DNA of 63,836 bases, filler included, from Octopus bimaculoides (lineage: Eukaryota): the NCBI RefSeq assembly GCF_001194135.2. It is 8 parts of 8 records of this genome, joined end to end, with 100 filler letters (N's around TTAATTAATTAA, not from the genome) between each part and the next. Parts side by side here need not be neighbours in the genome. Positions count along the whole stretch, not along the records: positions 60,919 to 63,836 come from NC_068981.1; 7 more parts are not named here. One strand, written 5' to 3'. Positions 60,819 through 63,836 of this stretch are shown piece by piece (within the stretch, counting starts at the first letter, position 1; the number at the start of each line of letters is the position of its first letter). The position numbers and the translations under genes are program-made. The notes beneath the pieces are model-generated. The model was not told where the DNA came from. It did no database searches and saw only the letters and a list, made by a program, of their open reading frames with translations.

Positions 60819-63153
60819 NNNNNNNNNNNNNNNNNNNNNNNNNNNNNNNNNNNNNNNNNNNNTTAATTAATTAANNNNNNNNNNNNNNNNNNNNNNNNNN
60901 NNNNNNNNNNNNNNNNNNGCATTCGCCATTTCTTACTCTTTAATACTCTCTCTCTCTCTTTCTCTCTCTTTCCCTTTATCTTTGTCTCGGGAGCATGATC
61001 ACGATCTTACGGATGAGCTTATGGTGAATAACACAGTAACTAGTGACATATATTTCAACGAAATAGACATACATACAGGTATTTCAAATACCATACAGCA
61101 TAAATTTTGATTCCTTTAAAACTATTCTCTGCTCTAGAAGAAGTTTCATAATTAGCAAATGAGGATTAAGATTAATTCTGTTTGAAAAGGGAGCATTCTC
61201 GAAAGTTGACACGTCATTCAGGAAAAGAGAACGAAGGCTTAATCTCTAGAGACAAGAAAACATTTGGTTATTATGGAATATTCTCGAGAAGCGCTGTGCA
61301 GCGCTACTCTCAGCTTTTATCACCTTCCATTCAGTGGGCTCGCTGAAGAAGTGAACCAGCTGTTTTCTAGAAATCAGCTGTCATTAATGGCATGAAGGTA
61401 TGAAAAAGATGTAACTAACGGGCGAAGAAATTAGTGGGTATGACAGAGTCACAGGTAACACACACAACACAAATAAAACCCCGGCTGGCAACACCCAGGG
61501 CAAAAAGAGATAGTATCCTATACTGTGAGTGCTTTTTGCAGGTATAGACAAAGAATAAGTGAGCAGGACAGTAAAACTGNNNNNNNNNNAAACTGAAGCA
61601 AGGGGGGGGGGGTAGAGGAGTTTGAAGAGAAAGTGTGTATCGGCGTATCGATGCACATAATTATCTGGTCGAGCAACATGCAGTCAAACTTGCATTGTGA
61701 TCAATTTTTCTACAAAGCCCAGTTAACTTTCATATATGAGGCAAAGCGGAAATATCTTGTCCGAAAAAGTGTCTTTAGAATGTTTTCTCAATTGCTTCCT
61801 AAAAGGCAATAGGGAACGCCATTATCGTTTGCACTAGGAGTATGTTCTCAAGACAATTGCTGAGAGCATAGCCAAAGCCATCAAGTAAAATAGACCCCAG
61901 TACACTCTAAAGCAGTCGATTATCTTCGCCGAAGTTGGTTCCTCTAGATGAGGGATTCTGATGGTGAAAGCCCCGAAACTCTCGAACAACCCTGACACAG
62001 TACTCATGATGAGGCCTAAGCTTTTCCACTAACTCAGATAATATATAACACTAAAAAATATTTCTTTGACTTGCTCTGATTACAACCCGTTTTAGCCTTG
62101 ACTAATCAGACATATAGCCTTGACTAATCAGACATTCTAGCTGCTGCCATGTAGCTGCCACATTTTCAGAATTAAATCTCGGCCTGCATTGTTCTTTCCG
62201 CCTCTCAAATCAGAGGGTGTGATTTTGGATGAGGCTTTACCAATTATAATTCCCACTTCTATCATAGATATTTAGAAACAATATCAAGATAATATGCTAT
62301 AATATAAATTATCAAGAAGACCCATTCAATCTGAACTTTTGTAATACTTTATTAGAGTGTCATTCATTGGATCTATTATTGCAACCTGTTAACGAAATAA
62401 TTATAGTATATGCAATATTATCAACAATACCATAAGATGGATACAGGAAACAGAATCACTAATGGAATAGATTTTCTTGTCTAGCTCCAAATGGTGTGTA
62501 TATCTAAACACAATTTATCGTGAAGCTATTACCATTAAATTCTTAATAACAGTATTTTCTTCGCTGCAATAGTTTAATCATAGGTGGAAGATCATTGACG
62601 GTAATCATTTTTGGATGCTCCAAAATGTATGAGAATGTAGTTATCCTCCGGCCGAGACTTGGTTTTGATACTTGTGATAGAGAACACTGTGCTCAAGGCG
62701 AATAAGACATTCAAGAGTTGGTGCTAAACCGGGTGATCTCTAAAGTCTGCTATATAAAAACATAATCAGTACATACGGCAGATTTTCACATACTTTCCGT
62801 TAATCTCTTCTCAATCATAAAGCATTGATTGACAAGAAATTCTGATGGAAGATACTTACATGAAGTGTCATGCAGTAGTATCATTGTCAAAATGTCTAAT
62901 ATGTTAAGGATGTTTGAATAACTTAAATACTTTTTGGTGTGGTATAACAATTCGAAATAGAAAAAACATAACGCAAGCTGTTGAATTGAACTGGGAACCA
63001 CTTTTGCAAACTTCGTGTTACAAACTGAGATTTAAAAAAAGATCTGCTATTTTGTAGTAGGATATGCACGAGCGTTTCTGTCCCTGAATACTTGAGCGTG
63101 AATACTTGAGTGTGTATGTGTTATATGTATGTGTGTGTGTATAGTATATATAT

Positions 63154-63185
<32 letters not shown>

Positions 63186-63793
63186 NNNNNNNNNNNNNNN
63201 NNNNNNNNNNNNNNNNNNNNNNNNNNNNNNNNNNNNNNNNNNNNNNNNNNNNNNNNNNNNNNNNNNNNNTATATACATTTCTAATTATCTCGACATTTTT
63301 GCTTGCAGCTCAAATTAATGGCTTAATAATGAAAGCTTTCGCAAACACGCGTGCACGCATACACATATACATAAAGGACACAAACACACACATGTATCTA
63401 TATACCTGCGTTAGTTTTAAGAGGTGAGTGGATATGCGTGAACTTTTAATGACAACTAAATGAAAAAATTTATTGAATTTTCGTTAATACTTTGTCTTAC
63501 AATTTCCCGCTAGTGGCCAAATTACTACACATATTTTCATTTGAACATGTATATTTACTTACATACCTATACACTCATGCATACATGCATACAAACATAT
63601 ATAGGTGTGCGTGTGCGTGTGTGCATACGTGTTAGTGCGTGTATGAGTGAGTGTGTTTGTGTGTGGGAATGGCTGTGCGCGAGAGCGTGTATTTCTTTGT
63701 GTATGTGCATGTATAGATGCGTTGAACTTCTCTTAACAAATATGAGCGCATGCATATGTGTGTATGTATATATGTATATATATGTATATATAC

Positions 63794-63836
<43 letters not shown>

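Noticed and set aside
61338-61385. CTGAAGAAG...GAAATC hammerhead-like string
   Set aside because: Stem II is poor, there is no stem III and stem I is out of register. At most a decayed remnant.
61940-61990. CTAGATGAGGG...CCCCGAAAC hammerhead-like string
   Set aside because: The core has an insertion, and stems I and III cannot be formed convincingly.
1-63836. CRISPR arrays, operons, rRNA or viral genes
   Set aside because: None seen. The only regularly recurring exact motif is the artificial scaffold linker.

Overview
AT-rich, microsatellite-saturated animal genomic DNA. The tRNA-derived SINE families and the repeat landscape suggest an octopus or other coleoid cephalopod; this is inference, with no database check. 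The window is not contiguous. Seven identical 100-bp spacers (N44-TTAATTAATTAA-N44) split it into eight separately assembled segments, and there are many ordinary N gaps. No complete protein-coding gene is present, and most ORFs in the supplied track are microsatellite, SINE or N-gap read-through. Supported features are: one intact initiator tRNA-Met gene (1603-1674); a promoter-like motif cluster (about 3430-3615); one clear calcium-binding EGF exon (10946-11065) whose expected donor reads GA instead of GT; a complete but dead DD34D mariner with perfect 27-bp TIRs (38332-39579); a mariner derivative built from two inverted 5' ends; a deleted DD37D/maT element; a foldback-type element with about 165-bp TIRs; a pogo/Tigger-like MITE; four Penelope-like (PLE) fragments; several hammerhead-ribozyme-like motifs (one canonical core, one recurring CUGUGGA variant tied to a PLE tail); and a cluster of R4/Dong-like RLE retrotransposon fragments interleaved with (AAT)n tracts. 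The most promising leads are the hammerhead-like motifs, the GA-donor EGF exon, the promoter cluster and the (AAT)n-associated Dong array.
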